This document shows positions 51,064 to 64,000 of a DNA stretch of 64,000 bases, in pieces (the stretch's first letter is position 1; each line of letters starts with the position of its first letter). The position numbers were made by a program, and so were the translations under genes. The notes beneath the pieces are model-generated. The model was not told the DNA's origin. It did no database searches and was given only the letters and a program-made list of their open reading frames with translations. The DNA comes from Tubiluchus corallicola. Lineage: Eukaryota; Animalia; Priapulida. The stretch is taken from the NCBI GenBank assembly GCA_030141605.1, contig JAQGDQ010000138.1, positions 124,001-188,000 on the forward strand, read 5' to 3'.

Positions 51064-54000
51064 TTTTTTTCATCTCTCGCCTTTGTTCTGCAATTTATTT
51101 TGTACACAGCAGCCAGTTTGTTATATTGCGCGCCTTTACCACAGCCAACACATTTGTCTAGGTTTTACCTTCTTTCGACATTTTTGATAATCAACTCCTT
51201 CTAGATGTGAATTGACAAAGGTCAGACGTAGATCTAACGGGACAAACGCTGAACCAAAGTTATTGTATTTAAAATCGCCAGACAGTCAGACACTCGAAGC
51301 TAATACATGTAGTTTGAAAAGCGGTGAAGTGTGAGTAACTCAAAATGAGCAACTCAGGGAGTTTAAGCATAAAAGTTTAAGCATTAAGCATATAGAGACT
51401 ATATAGAGATACTCATTTTTTGCTACAGTTAGCGTTTTTCACTCTGAGTACGTGCTGTAATTAAGTAACTTAATTACTAAATTATTGAGCGACCAAGCTA
51501 CGGGAACACTCGTTGAATACTCTTCGGATTTGCAGTGAAACTTAGTAAACTGACCGACAGAGACCAATAAGCTTTCCAAATTGCTCTTTGTATTTTACAA
51601 TTGTTCAGATAGTCAATTACAGGCGTTGATAATCATCTAGACCTAAAGGGATGATCTTGATCGTTCGTGATTCTATGGCTTCGCGAGTGGTTTCAGAAAT
51701 TATACCTTTTCGGCAACAATTTCGTAGAATTTGAAACTATGGATACCGAACCACTAAAGTTAGAAGGAAGAGATGAATTTTAAGAAAGTGTTGTCCAACT
51801 TTTCGTTAACTGGATAACAATATGCTGAGGAAAGTTAACAAAAAGTTAATAAAAGTATAAACACAACTATTAAGCGCCAAATTTAGAAATCCAATCTAAA
51901 TTTCACCAGACGTTTTTTGGAAGGCAACCCAGGTTTTACACACACAGCTTTTTCTAGTCTGTGTATAACTTTTACTAGCCTTTCTAGCTAAACCAGATTT
52001 TAATTTCGCCAGGCAGATAAAGAATTCAGCTGTCTATTATAAAGTCAGTCTAACGCCAACACTAAATGAGCTAAGCCACCTCATCTCATAACAAGCCTAA
52101 AGTATTTCTATACTAGTATCTCAACTTGAATAACTTAGTGCCTCAGTGAGAACTCAAAATGAGATGTTTACAAAACGGCGAATTTATAATTTAAAATTCA
52201 AGAAACAGGCTACTCATTTCCAGACGTTCAGTTGGAGTATCAAGTAGTGCTCGCTTCGCGTAATGACTTATTCATCTCTGGGATTTCTCAACTGAGTAGA
52301 TAAAGCTTCTCCGGCTATACATGTGCTGTTTATATCATCCTTGCATTTATCGCACTCTACATCTTGCATAATTTCAAGAAACCTGGCAACATCGTGTCTG
52401 AAATATTTACACGAACTATTTGTTATACATTCAATGATCCGTTTATCATTTCATAGTGATATTTAAACGCAAGCTGTTGTAACAACGTTTCACGCAAACT
52501 CTTCATTCTTCACGTCTCACATCAATCTTTTATGGAAGACTCACCTTACTGGCAAACTATTAATAAATTATACTTGATTCAGTAAATGAAATATCATTGA
52601 CTGGTGAAGGAGAAATTTCAAAAATTAACTTATATTACTATAATAACAGTTATTATGTTGTGACTGCAACGAAAGTAGTTTGTCAACAAACTAATAGATT
52701 TCCTATAACTCCTATCATGCGTAAAATTCTTCAAACTTCTATTTTTTCGATCTGATTTTAAATTTAGCGCTTAATCGTTTGCTAACCTTCTCCATTATAT
52801 TGTTATCCAGTTAACGAAAAGTTGGACAACATTTCCTCACAATTGATCGGAAGTGGTGCTGACAAGCCACTGGAGTGGCAGTGTCTAGTTTTAGATTACT
52901 TCTGTGTTTACCTGTTTCTCCAAAACAGGTAAACACAGCAGTAATCCAACAAAAAACTACGTACTCTTTTATTCTAGAGTTCTGCCTGCCAATAGACGTA
53001 ATGGGCATATGATGATTATGATATCATGCATAGTTTTTACACAGCCGGCGGACTCAGCTGATGTTATTAAATTCTGCTTTTTATACCCTTGATTGTCAAA
53101 TTGACACATGTTCCAAATTATGTTAATGAAAATGACATGAAACCGTAGGTTAGCTAACAAAGAGTCTACCTAAGTGGTATTTTAGCATCGCACATGTTTC
53201 CCTTCCGCTTAATTTATACATCAATTAATTATTTAATATTGAGAAATTTCATAGAAATAAATTAAAGACTGTCTCTTACGATTGTATAGGTACAGTCATT
53301 AGTGTTGAAACAATGAAGGTGCATAAAGCACAACATGAAATTGCTCCATATTAATAAGTATTTAACTTACAAGTGTTAGTGCTCGGATTACAGGTTCCTC
53401 TCCGAATGACATTTATTGCAGTTGCATTGCTTAAGTCATTATGACCTTCAGTTTGAGAACTGATCAATGACATCATTGTTGAAATCGTCATTAATAAATG
53501 CGTGGTCCGGAAACTAAAAGTTTATTTGAAATTCATCATTATTATGTAGCTAATTTTGTGAAACACTGCGATGTCACTTTGCGGCAGTTATTTGACTACA
53601 AAATTAAATCGTTATAGCTATTACTATGACGTAATTAATGCAATAACAAATCATATTAAAAAAATTGAAAATCTCAAGAATATTCAATCTTTTACAGTTA
53701 GTTCCTTAAGACGAACTTTTATATGCCCTCTTAATGTCCCCTTTAAATTTTTACATGACATAAATCTAACAAAGAAACTACTCGGTTTCTTTACAGCAAT
53801 TTACAGGCTTGCCAGTACCCTGGCATTCTCTTGGTAAGCCAACATTGCCAAAGTGGCTCTATTATTGTAAAAGACTCAATTAATTGATCATTGAAGTAGC
53901 TTAGATTAGTGTATTATCAGTGAAGAGCCTAGCTCACAGGGACGTGTACGGAATAACTTATTGTTGCTGAGTCGATGCATTCACACTGCTTGGAACCCAC

Positions 54001-54114
54001 CAGTATTTCGTCAATCTAGTAATTTCTATCCTATGCACTAATCTATTAGGCTGTATTATAATTTTTCATATTAGGTTATAATAAGCATATTCTAAAGACA
54101 TGAGCAACATCCGC

Positions 54115-54560
54115 AAGTAGAAGAAAAAGTTATTTTAAAAACATATGTCCCAAAAATCAAATAACGTTATATTATTCAGCATTACGCTTGCTTGTTTAAA
54201 AGACATGTGTAACTGGGAAAGAATATTCTAGGGTATTTAAAACGTTCGTGGCTAAAAGCTAAAATGTCACTAGTTCACTATCCCAATGTGCACCAAAAAC
54301 GTCACTGGCTCATCAAGCAACATATTATTAAACTTCTGACAAAAAATAAAGTAATTTATATTTCTGCTTAATATAATTAATGAAGTGTGAGCTATGAATG
54401 CTATGATTATTTATTCGAAGTATTCTTACTTAGCGACTGATCGTTAAAATGGTTGCGTCTAACTCAATGCGGGATTAAACTTACAAGTTTTTTACAGCGC
54501 TACAAGCTCAGTGTGCAGAAACCGAGCACATAAGTGATACAAAATTTCAAGACAAATTTT
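54115..54560 (+). mobile_element. MITE family A, copy 4 (diverged)
   Basis: agaagaaaaa...tgtcccaaaaa start, aaaacgtcactggctcatcaa, gctatgaatgctatgattattt, gtgatacaaaatttcaagac. Confidence 0.7.
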
Positions 54561-57500
54561 GGCCCTATTAAGGGTAGCCTTATGTAAACAGTAATGAAAA
54601 AAAGATTGCAGTTTCAATCGTAATGCAGTTTGGATTGACCACAATTATTGTAGTATCAAAGATCGTCAAAAATCATTTTAATCTTTGCGAAAATCTTTAA
54701 GAATTAAATGATTAGATTACAAAACGTCTTAATATTTAATTTTTCCTGATAATATCCATTAAGTGTTTTTTCAGTAAAGATGTTTACTAAAGTATTTAGG
54801 GATAAAATAATCACAAATGCAAGGTATTCTGAAGTCTATAAACTGTAAAGCGCTATTGCAGTCTAATCACTTAACAAATTAAGAGGTTCTTGAAAGTCAG
54901 TAGTAAAATGACGCAATACGCTTTTTGCGTTACCTGTTGTATCTGTAATACGGTCTTGACGCAGAATTAGGTCTAGAATACTGCCATTGGTGACGAATGC
55001 GCAGTAAGTCACAAGAAACATATTATTAGTATATGCAAACGCAATGGTTCGGAACTAATTTCATTTGAAGTATCCGGATAGCTGTGCCCTGACTAACAAA
55101 AATAATGGAAAGTGTCTTTGTAAAGTTATTGTGAATAAGAGATAAGCATGTAGCTTTTTACATTTTACTAGTTTTTCCCTCATGTTATTTAAATTGCAAT
55201 AAAATCTTCTTACGTGCTTTGGAGAACGACCGTTTTCTATTTTAACATTTCTCGTTTTTCTGCTTTTGAAAGGAAATTTGAAAGACTTGCAAAATTTTAT
55301 CTGCGAAACCAGTAGGTCTTAATATTTTCCACGAATATTTCAAACTTTAGTTAATAGTTCAAATAGTTCCACGATTTTCTAGTATTACCTTTACGAATGC
55401 TAAAACTATGGTATCTCCCTTACTTCATTCTTTTTATGTATAAAGACATCGCACATACTGATGCTATCATCATCAATTTTTAAAGCTTATAGGCGTCTAA
55501 AGAGCGCATAAGGAAACCGTTTATAAAAAATTTAACGCGTAGGCCTATACGTGTTTGTGTTAAAATCGCACAGGTGACTTTGATAAACGCCTCTTTGCAG
55601 GAGTATCATGCTTGTACAGCATTGTTTTCTGCCCTTCGGTTACATATTTCATCCGCCACTCACTGAAACAGAAGCCTAGATTATTTACAACAAGCAACCT
55701 TGGTAAAAACTTTCGCGAAGAACCTTGGAAGCTGAAACGTTAGTACACCACGAGCTATTTCGGCTTCGCGTGACGTCACACAAATGCCGGCTTCAGAACG
55801 AAGGCAGCAAACTTGCCGTGCTTTAGTATAAATGACTACCCAAACAAACTTTACTATTATGTAACAACTGAGTTAACAGTGAATGCAACATTACTGTAAT
55901 TGTTATTCAAGGCTGGTTCTTAAGGTGACCTGGTAATTTCTCGTTAATCTGAGTATCTAACTATCAATGCTAGCAGTGTTCTAAAGCTGCCCCACATTAC
56001 GCCATATGTCGATGGACTTTTTCGATCGACGTCACGGTGCGCGGAAGTCTACACGCGAGAGAGTCTAATATTCAAATTATCGCCACTTCATTAAGATTAG
56101 GGGCGTCTATTAGCAATGACTTCTCGCCGATAATGAGAACTTTAGTTGTTGCCAAATAGCTGCTGCTCGTGTTTCGTGGCATTCATTGGCTAGTTGGCTT
56201 CCATGCTGGCGCTATTGTAGACGGGGGAGCTGTATACGCAGCGTGGCTTCTTGAGGTGCACACGTTTCACGTCTAAGTTCAGCTGCTACTGCATACCGCA
56301 ATAATCTCTTTCGTTTCAACAAGACTGTACCTATTAATTGGTGGAAACATTTCTAGCGACGTTGACCCTGACTTCCCTATTTTTTCGTGATTAAGCATCA
56401 TTTAGAACTCCAGTGTTAGCAGGTGTTGAATTTTCTCGTTTTGCATTCAGAGAAATTAAACAAGGGCTTTGCGAAAGATGAAATTGCCTTAGCGGCATGA
56501 GCTACTTGATACAATACAGGTAAGTGCAAATGTCAAGCAATACAGGTAAATACAGGTAAATGTCAGGTAATTTGTACTCTTGGTCGTAATAAGCTGCTCT
56601 GCAACCATGTACCCAGGGCTCAGCAGCCATTTTTCACTCGTCAGATAATTCCAATGACTGTTTTGATTTAGGTGACTCAGACAAATTTCTGGGCTTTTTG
56701 GTAAACGTACATTGAAACATTTTAAAGTCAAGTAACTGATCACTGTGTATGCTGCTTAGTCTTCTGCCCAGGTTACCTCTCTGTGAACGCTTTTGTCGTT
56801 GCCCTTGATGATGTGTGAGCCTTCCTGTCCTATAAATTATACTAGTTACTAACCATTATCCGTCAGACAAGCAAATAGGCACTATTTTCTCTTACACTAT
56901 AAATAAGCAAAAAAAATCTGAAATACAGTTCGAGACGCAATTGGTTTGATTAGTGAAAAAATATCACGGAGATGTTGCTTAAAATTTCGCATTGTTGTTG
57001 TGGCAAATTAATGAACCATAAACTATGCAAGTTTTCTGTTGTTTTTGTTCGATACCATGGAGTTGATATTAGGCCTATACGTGGTCTACAAATCGCGCAT
57101 AATGAGATCTGATTTTTCAGATGCTCGTGTTGGGGCTGCACAGATGACTTTTAATGAGAGAATAATTATGTAATTACGTCGCACGTTTAACCGAATGAAA
57201 CCGCACATCTTACAATGTGATCCAATGAGTCCATAACTGAAGAGTCCAATAGACCAGGCTTATGCTTCGAAGGAATATAAGAAATTCAAGGAATATAAGC
57301 AACGCCCATGCTGGTTAGTAAATGATTTGTAATTGCCTGGGTTCAGTACTCACTCAGGGCTGTTTTATTGCCCACACTGATTCTGGCTGTTTACCTCGTT
57401 GTAGGAGGATTCACATTCTAAAGCTGCTAAAATACGTCTTAGAGGTTCAGCTTTGATAATAAATCAGTAGCAGTCTCGCCATAAACATGTGTTGATAAGG

Positions 57501-58229
57501 TTCCACAGGTCCTGCCGTTGTGTGCTATAGAGCCCGGCTTTTGGTGTGCCGAGTTGTATTAAAAATGGAAGAAACTATAGTTGCAACATTTGTTAGCTAT
57601 GACAGGCCTTCCGCTGCGCTTTCAAACTTATTTTAGTCATTCACTTCTAACAATCTTTTTATTTTAAGATGTGGAACAACAGTCTGTCTGTAAATAACAG
57701 TCGCCGAACGTGATAGCCTCGAATGCTTATTTACTGAGTGTATATACAGTAGTAGTGTTTCAGTATAACTTTTGTTGTAGTATTGCAGCGTGGTGTAATG
57801 TTTTTATGTTTTTTGTACGACTTTTAGGCTGAAAAAACTAATCTAATCTGTAAGACTTTTTATTTTGGATTTTACATGTTTTCGGTAAAACCGCAGGCAA
57901 TCCGTTTTGCTCGGTATTGTGCTAAAATATGTAACGATTTATTAACAATGGTCGCGGCTACTCGACTTCAGAACAGGCTATCTCCATTGTGGCGAGGTGT
58001 CAAACAAATTAGCTTCACGCTGCGTTAGGCAACCGAAATATTCATTATAGGGTAACTTATAAGTAGGTTATGTAACTTCAGGGTGGTTTACAAGTCAGAT
58101 TTATAGGGAGGCATACGCAAGAGCCCCCCCTCCCCCCGGACTACGAACTCCCTTTATAAAAAATGAATAATTATAAAACTTGCCTTTGCTATTCTCAGTC
58201 CATCTCAACAGGCGGATTTATTACATCAA

Positions 58230-58500
58230 TTAAGGGCTTGCTGACACCTTCCCACGTGTTTATAACCCTTAGATTATATTTGAGGGTGATGGTCACTAGT
58301 TGTTCGGGAGAAAGATTGTTCAGCAAATTGGCACTGACAAAAAATTATCTCAGAATCGCGATGGCCCATGAAAGACTAACTGCTCTCTGCCTACTGAATG
58401 TCGAGAGCAGTGTCCCCAAGATAATACAATTTGACGTTTGACGAGTTAAATAAATATTTTGCAGATGCAAAGTTTAGAAAGAAAGACTTCTTGTAGATAT
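58230..58500 (+). mobile_element. hAT transposase C-terminal dimerization-domain fragment
   Basis: VFITLRLYLRVMVTSCSGERLFSKLALTKNYLRIAMAHERLTALCLLNVE...FADAKFRK matches the hAT C-terminal S..ER.FS.L...K.YLR..M..ERL motif. Confidence 0.88.
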
Positions 58501-59112
58501 TGTAGTGTAATTACCTACGTACAATACTAACAGTATCTCAAAAAACTTGGCATTTAATTTTTTTGAATAAATCTTGAAATATTTTGGTTAGATTTAAACA
58601 ACTAAAGGACAGTGTCTACAATAAGCAGCACCAGGAACCTGTTTGACTCTTGCTCTAGTATAGTGTTATGCATTTTTGAGCGAGATTTAGAAACAGGGGA
58701 AACTAAACTTTATTATTCTTTGACTCGGCTGTGACTTGATGTGAATAAAATATTATCTTATACAGCTTTATAGAATAAAGAAAAACTTATAGTGAAGTGC
58801 ATAATTTAAAGAAATAAACATTTCGTAACTTATCTGATCACCAGTAGTTTATATCACTATGGCCTATATTACAAACTGAAAATTGTAATCAAAGTTATCT
58901 TACAGTGAATAAAATTGAGAAAAAAGTAATCAGAAGTTTTTGTCCGCAGCTAACATCTTTTTTTCGAAGAAATGCAGTTTATCGTTCATTTTTGTTCATT
59001 TTCTAGCTTATTTGCCATTTAACTTCCATTTTTATATGCCTGAATAATGGCAATGACGAAGCTTAAAGGGCTTTGCAGGTTTTTCTTGCTTTCTGCTTGG
59101 CTGTGTGGTTTA

Positions 59113-59478
59113 AAACACAAGAACACATTATTGTAACACAGAGCTAAAGATTCGTCAAAAATTCGTATCACGTACGTACTGTTTTATTTCACACTGGACT
59201 TAAATTAGCAGCAACGCAGTATATGACTTGTATGTTTAAACAACCGCACTGACAACATTAGATAACTCTTACATTAGGTAACATTGCTTAAAGTTCAAAA
59301 AAGATAAATAATCAACGCATTCGTAGCACACACTTCACTAACTAAGCAAAAGTATAAACTACAAACTACTATATATTGTTCTTATATATGTCTTTCAAAA
59401 GATAAACGTAATGCAAAATGGTATAATTTTGTACGGAACGTTTTTTGAGACATACTTTAAAAATTCCTCTTCTTCCCA
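59113..59478 (-). mobile_element. MITE family A, copy 5 (inverted, deleted)
   Basis: The reverse complement contains gggaagaagaggaatttttaaagtatgtctcaaaaaac, tttgcttagttagtgaagtgtgtgctacgaatgc and cagtacgtacgtgatacgaatttt. Confidence 0.7.
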
Positions 59479-59562
59479 TAATTTTCTTCCGGCAACGTAC
59501 ATTATAGTCTTAGGCTTCATTGCAACCAAATTGACAATGACAATTTAGTTTAATTTACCTAT

Positions 59563-59812
59563 TGTTACGACCCGCCTGCCGATTTTAATTTAAGCGCCAG
59601 GTTGGCTTCTCGCCTGTGTTCTGTAACTTGCTTTTGACCTAGTTAGTTAGTTAGTTGTTATAGAGGTGGAAGTAATGTCGGTTGCTCAGGATGACAGCCC
59701 TGATGTTTTGTTTTTGTTAATTTGTGCTTACTGGCAATAAAAATGAAGTAATGTGGCAAGTGTATCTCCGTTTATTCACCACGTTTTGTGTTACCAATTC
59801 CAACTCATAACA
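59563..59812 (+). mobile_element. Solo LTR, 250 bp, with a 4-bp TSD
   Basis: TGTTACGA...TCATAACA inverted termini, flanked by CTAT on both sides, with an internal AATAAA near 59736. Confidence 0.88.
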
Positions 59813-59984
59813 CTATGAACCACCAATTTCCGCACCAGCATTAACGTAAAGCCACGACATTTTCGATTCCGAGTCAGTTTGTATCCAAAAATCGAAATAT
59901 ACAAATACTAGTTTTGATTGTTAGATATTGGTGTTTGAACTAGAGGCTTTGTGTCGTTTAGACCTGTAGAGATCTTTCTCAGCG

Positions 59985-60372
59985 ACAATAAACCTTTTCA
60001 CAGTTTCGTTGTGCGAACGAGCAGTTGCTGTAGGTCAAAGGTTAAGTGTACCACAGCAACGCGTCTTAACTACAACCGTCACGTGACTTGTGGGTAAAAC
60101 AAAGCCGTCCACCGCATCAGTTCAGTAACTTCAGTTGTTATACTTAATTATGCATTAGTCTGGCAATAGAGTAATTTATTAGCGGGATCTAGCTTAGGAA
60201 CAAGAAAAAATGAACTAGGAAAGGTTTTATCTAGCTGTTAAAACTGTTACTATTACAATAGCTTGGGTTCCAAGGCGTTGTCAAGTGCACACAAATGCGT
60301 TGCGTGGTACACTTAACCTTTGACCATTTCATGATCATCATCAACCGCTGGAACCGTGAAAAGGCTGATTGT
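59985..60372. mobile_element. MITE-like element with two nested pairs of inverted repeats
   Basis: Outer pair acaataaaccttttcacagtt / aaccgtgaaaaggctgattgt. Inner pair of about 30 bp: ggtcaaaggttaagtgtaccac(a)gcaacgc (60033-60062) / gcgttgcgtggtacacttaacctttgacc (60297-60325). Confidence 0.75.
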
Positions 60373-61949
60373 TAACTTTTCAGCTGTTTGATTGCCGCGT
60401 AGGCCTACCATATAAGAGTAATTGCTAAGTTAGTTAATGTTGCAGTATTTTAAGGAAACTAATCAATTTGATCGCCAGTCCAGCTGGACATTTAGGTGGC
60501 CTTAATTGATGCCAGTAATTATTTTTATAGAAATCTCGGACGCTCGGGACTGCGAATATCAAATCTCGGACTCGGTACGTGGGTAACATTCGGATCACAA
60601 GTTTCAGATGAGGTAGTATGCAAAACTTACGTCTGTAAAAACGAACGAACAAATGCATGAATTTGTGATGCTCACTTTAAGCTAATTTGACATTGAACTA
60701 TGACCTTCAACCGCTTTTAATATCACAGCTGAATTGCACCAGTAATGTATTGTACATGTAATGTATTTGATAGACATAATTAAACTTAGTGGCGTCCGAT
60801 GCCACTAAACACCATCGTGAACCCCCCCCCCCCCCCCTTCTCGTGTTTTATAATGGAATAAGAAACTCTGGCTAATTACAGAAGGTTGAACAGACCGTTA
60901 TACTACGCCAAGTCATTTATAAATAAAGGCAGCACTGCTGCTACATAACCATTATTCATGGTTGCTGCATTTAATATAGTATATCAGGCCGTTATCTATG
61001 GGCTTATAGAACTATAATTAACCGTAAACCTTACTATTAAATACTAAAATACTTAACTTTGATCCTTAATTTAAGTGTGTGACTATAAGATAAATTAACA
61101 ACTGGCAAATGTAAAGAAAGCCCAAATTATGCGATAATAATTGATAGCTACGATGACCTGAGAGTACTAGGTTTCCACACCTTACAAACAGAGAAACAGT
61201 ACATGGTTTTTCAAATAAAGATTTATTATTACTATTATTATTGTTATTGCTATTGATATTGGTGTTGTTATTATTACTGCTATTGCTATAACACCTGTGT
61301 GTTAGGTTTAAACATGTATTATAATGTACTAATAAAGTGTGGTTAATTGTGTTGACAGAAATTTAATTTATGACTGCTTTTGATCGTGTTGGGTTTTGAG
61401 GAGCATCAAATTTCTACTACTTCTGGCTAGATTTACACTCAGCCTTTTCCTCAGAAATTTTTGAAACCCTAACATATACATACTCTTCAGCATCTTCACA
61501 ACTATAACTCTGGTGTGATTGTAAATACTTCATTAGTGAATATTTTCACTGTTTAATATCGCCACTCGCCAGCTTTTTACCTTTCGTTTCCTTGGAGACT
61601 TCGATTCTTAAGTGTGTCTGCCATTATTTGATAAATGATATCGTATGAAACTTTTTTGTTAACGGAAGGGTCATTACTATAATCACTTACAGAGTTCTGT
61701 TGCTCTATGCATACAATAGAAAATGTGGGCAATCTTTACGTAATCTTAAGAAATCAGATAAAGCAAAAGTAGACAGTGTTTCGCTGTGAGATGATACCTG
61801 CTAGTATATGAATCATACATTTTAGCAGGAAAACAACGCTAGTACATCGTTTCATTTAATGCACTTAAGGAATTACACATACACTATGTTATTATTTGTA
61901 CTAAACAACATAAAAATTAAAGAGTTAATTAAAAAATTAAAGAATAAGA

Positions 61950-62020
61950 ATTTGGCGCCTCCCAAAAATTGGCGTCCTAGGCAACTAGTTTAGTTTGTCT
62001 AGTGGTACAACCAGCTGCAT
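61950..62020 (+). mobile_element. One end of a hAT-type MITE
   Basis: ggcgcctccc...ggcgtcctaggcaactagtttagtttgtctagtggtacaaccagctg resembles the common hAT MITE right end. The partner end was not found. Confidence 0.4.
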
Positions 62021-64000
62021 CGCCCGGTGGTACATCTGAAACGGTTAAAAATACAGAGCCTAAACCCTGAGAATAAAAGTGTATAATTTATAAACTTTAA
62101 AGACGAGAGTGTCTAACACTAGGACAGAACCTTGTTCTGTTTTGAGACATAAATAGTGGATTAATTCACGTTTATGGGACGTGGAAATCCCAATACGAAG
62201 AAAAAGAAGCCGGGTCTCCTATTAAGAATTAAGAATTATTTCAATTAGCTATTAAGATTAAAGAACTCGAATGAAGCACAAAGTACAGTTTAGACAGCAT
62301 GATTATGAATGATCGATAAAATCTTGATTAATATCACTGGAAATTTTCTTTGAAAACTTTCGCTAGATCAACGACCCGATCAGTGATTGTCATTATTCAA
62401 CTCGCCTTTAGAGAAAACGGAGTTTCCGTAATTTATTGCTTATGATACTGCTATAAAATATATAACTTGGCAATTACCACACGGGATATAAGCGTTTTTG
62501 ATGACCAGCGTTAATTAATATTAAATGATTAAATGCGGGCATCGTATCGCTTTCCTTTCAAGTCAAGGCTTCCATTCTGTACTAATAGCAGATATATAGC
62601 GGGTTATTTATAACTGCAGAAAGCTTCTATATTGTCCTGGTGATACGGGTCAGTGAAGAAAAAAGAACACGTATGGGGCGAACTTGTTGTAATACTTAAG
62701 CTAATCCACCAGCTTTCACAGAACTCTGCTTCTAAATGAACTGAAAACACCAACTACGTAAATAAACACCATCTGTGACCTTGAAATAATCAACTAGGCC
62801 ACATGCTGGCACACACGCACCGCACGCATTCAGTTCATGTGTAACGTTCTTTGCAATTTAATTTTAATCAATGATCTTTCTTGACTTATAAATTATTTGT
62901 TTTTCTCATTAACTGTCAATCGGTCGTGCGAGTACCATTTTCTGATGAGAGGCGTTTTAAAATCAAGTCCGAGATGACGCGATTTCTTGTCAAAATGCTG
63001 CCAAATATTTTTAACTTTTACCCCATAATAGGTGGATTTCGTTGTTTAAGTCTTCCCTAAATTTTCGTAAGGTCGTTACTAGAGCGACTGCTACTTCATC
63101 TTTTATGAAAGAACTTCAAATAAAAATAGCGTTTCTGTTTAGAAATAAACTGATTTGTTGTAAATAAGATCTGAAGATCAAGAATATTGCCCTCACTGGT
63201 TGACCCCTGACCCACAGGTAGTGGGTCAAACGTGACAAATTTGTATTTTATTGGCTTACAGTCAAGCGAAAATTCTTGATGAGACAAATTCATTGGAGGT
63301 AATTTTCTGAGATTCAGAACGCTGTCACGGCCACGAGAGAAAAAGTGACAAGTTCAGATTACTTGAAACTGCTACTGTCAAGTACAATAGTGCTTATTTG
63401 CATACTTATTGTTAATTATTTTTACCACACATTTTTATCTTTTGATACGAAATAATATCACCTGTCACAGAAACAGAATTTTACCACAGTTCATTAGTTT
63501 AATATTGTGTTAATGGTGGATAGCATGCTAAACTGACGAAAAGGGGTTGACGAAATGAGTTGTGGCGTCCGAGGTGCGACGTTTTGACTCTTTTGAAGGT
63601 GACGACATTGTATAATCTCGGTCATTATTGGAAATTGTCCCATACTGATTGAAAAATTAAATAACGAATTAGCAGTATATGTATTGTTATTTGCATGTAG
63701 TGATTTTTTCGCGCAAGAGGGATGAATATGACTGTAATAGTGGAATTTACGCATTTAGATATGAAATGATACACTCAATTATATATCTAATGATAATAAT
63801 TTACGTTCACAAACATAAAAGCATAAGAACACGAATAAACAAAAAATTATCATAAACATTGTTATTGAGTTATGTTATAAACTCATATTTTGAAACCAAC
63901 ATTGTCCGCTGGAAAAGAAATGTGAAAAATACGAAGCACAGGTCACTTATACGAAGACTGTGTAATTGAACCAGGAACCATAGCTTAGAAGGCGGAAACC

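Noticed and set aside
57238-57265. CTGAAGAGTCCAATAGAC, resembling the 5' half of a hammerhead
   Set aside because: There is no following GAAA or cleavage triplet.
57300-57410. tRNA/SINE-like A and B boxes (tggttag...gggttcagtac); similar weak B boxes near 32950 and 22100
   Set aside because: No cloverleaf and no second copy in the window; at most very old SINE debris.

Overview
This is AT-rich, repeat-dense eukaryotic DNA, probably from an invertebrate animal; most of the supplied short ORFs are spurious. Two spliced genes can be reconstructed by hand. (1) The first three coding exons of a GRK4/5/6-subfamily G-protein-coupled receptor kinase lie on the minus strand (ATG at 29502; exons of 52, 93 and 113 nt); the rest of the gene probably continues beyond the left edge. 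(2) A complete five-exon p24/TMED gene (GOLD domain, TMED6-like, about 243 aa) lies on the plus strand at 36230-40941, head-to-head with the GRK. Between about 42.3 and 53.5 kb a chain of minus-strand exon-like segments carries stops and frameshifts plus MAM- and LDL-A-like motifs and a possible TM segment; it looks like a decayed MAM/LDL-A membrane-protein gene, but this is my least certain large call. The remainder is mobile-element debris: an internally deleted Ty3/Gypsy element, solo LTRs, CR1/L2-type LINE fragments, hAT, PIF/Harbinger and TTAA-flanked (Kolobok-like) MITEs, foldback elements, a Penelope-type hammerhead-ribozyme remnant, and micro/minisatellites. I found no CRISPR, rRNA or tRNA genes and no clearly new biological system. 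The best leads are the hidden MAM/LDL-A pseudogene, the hammerhead remnant, and the CRE/CCAAT cluster in the GRK promoter.
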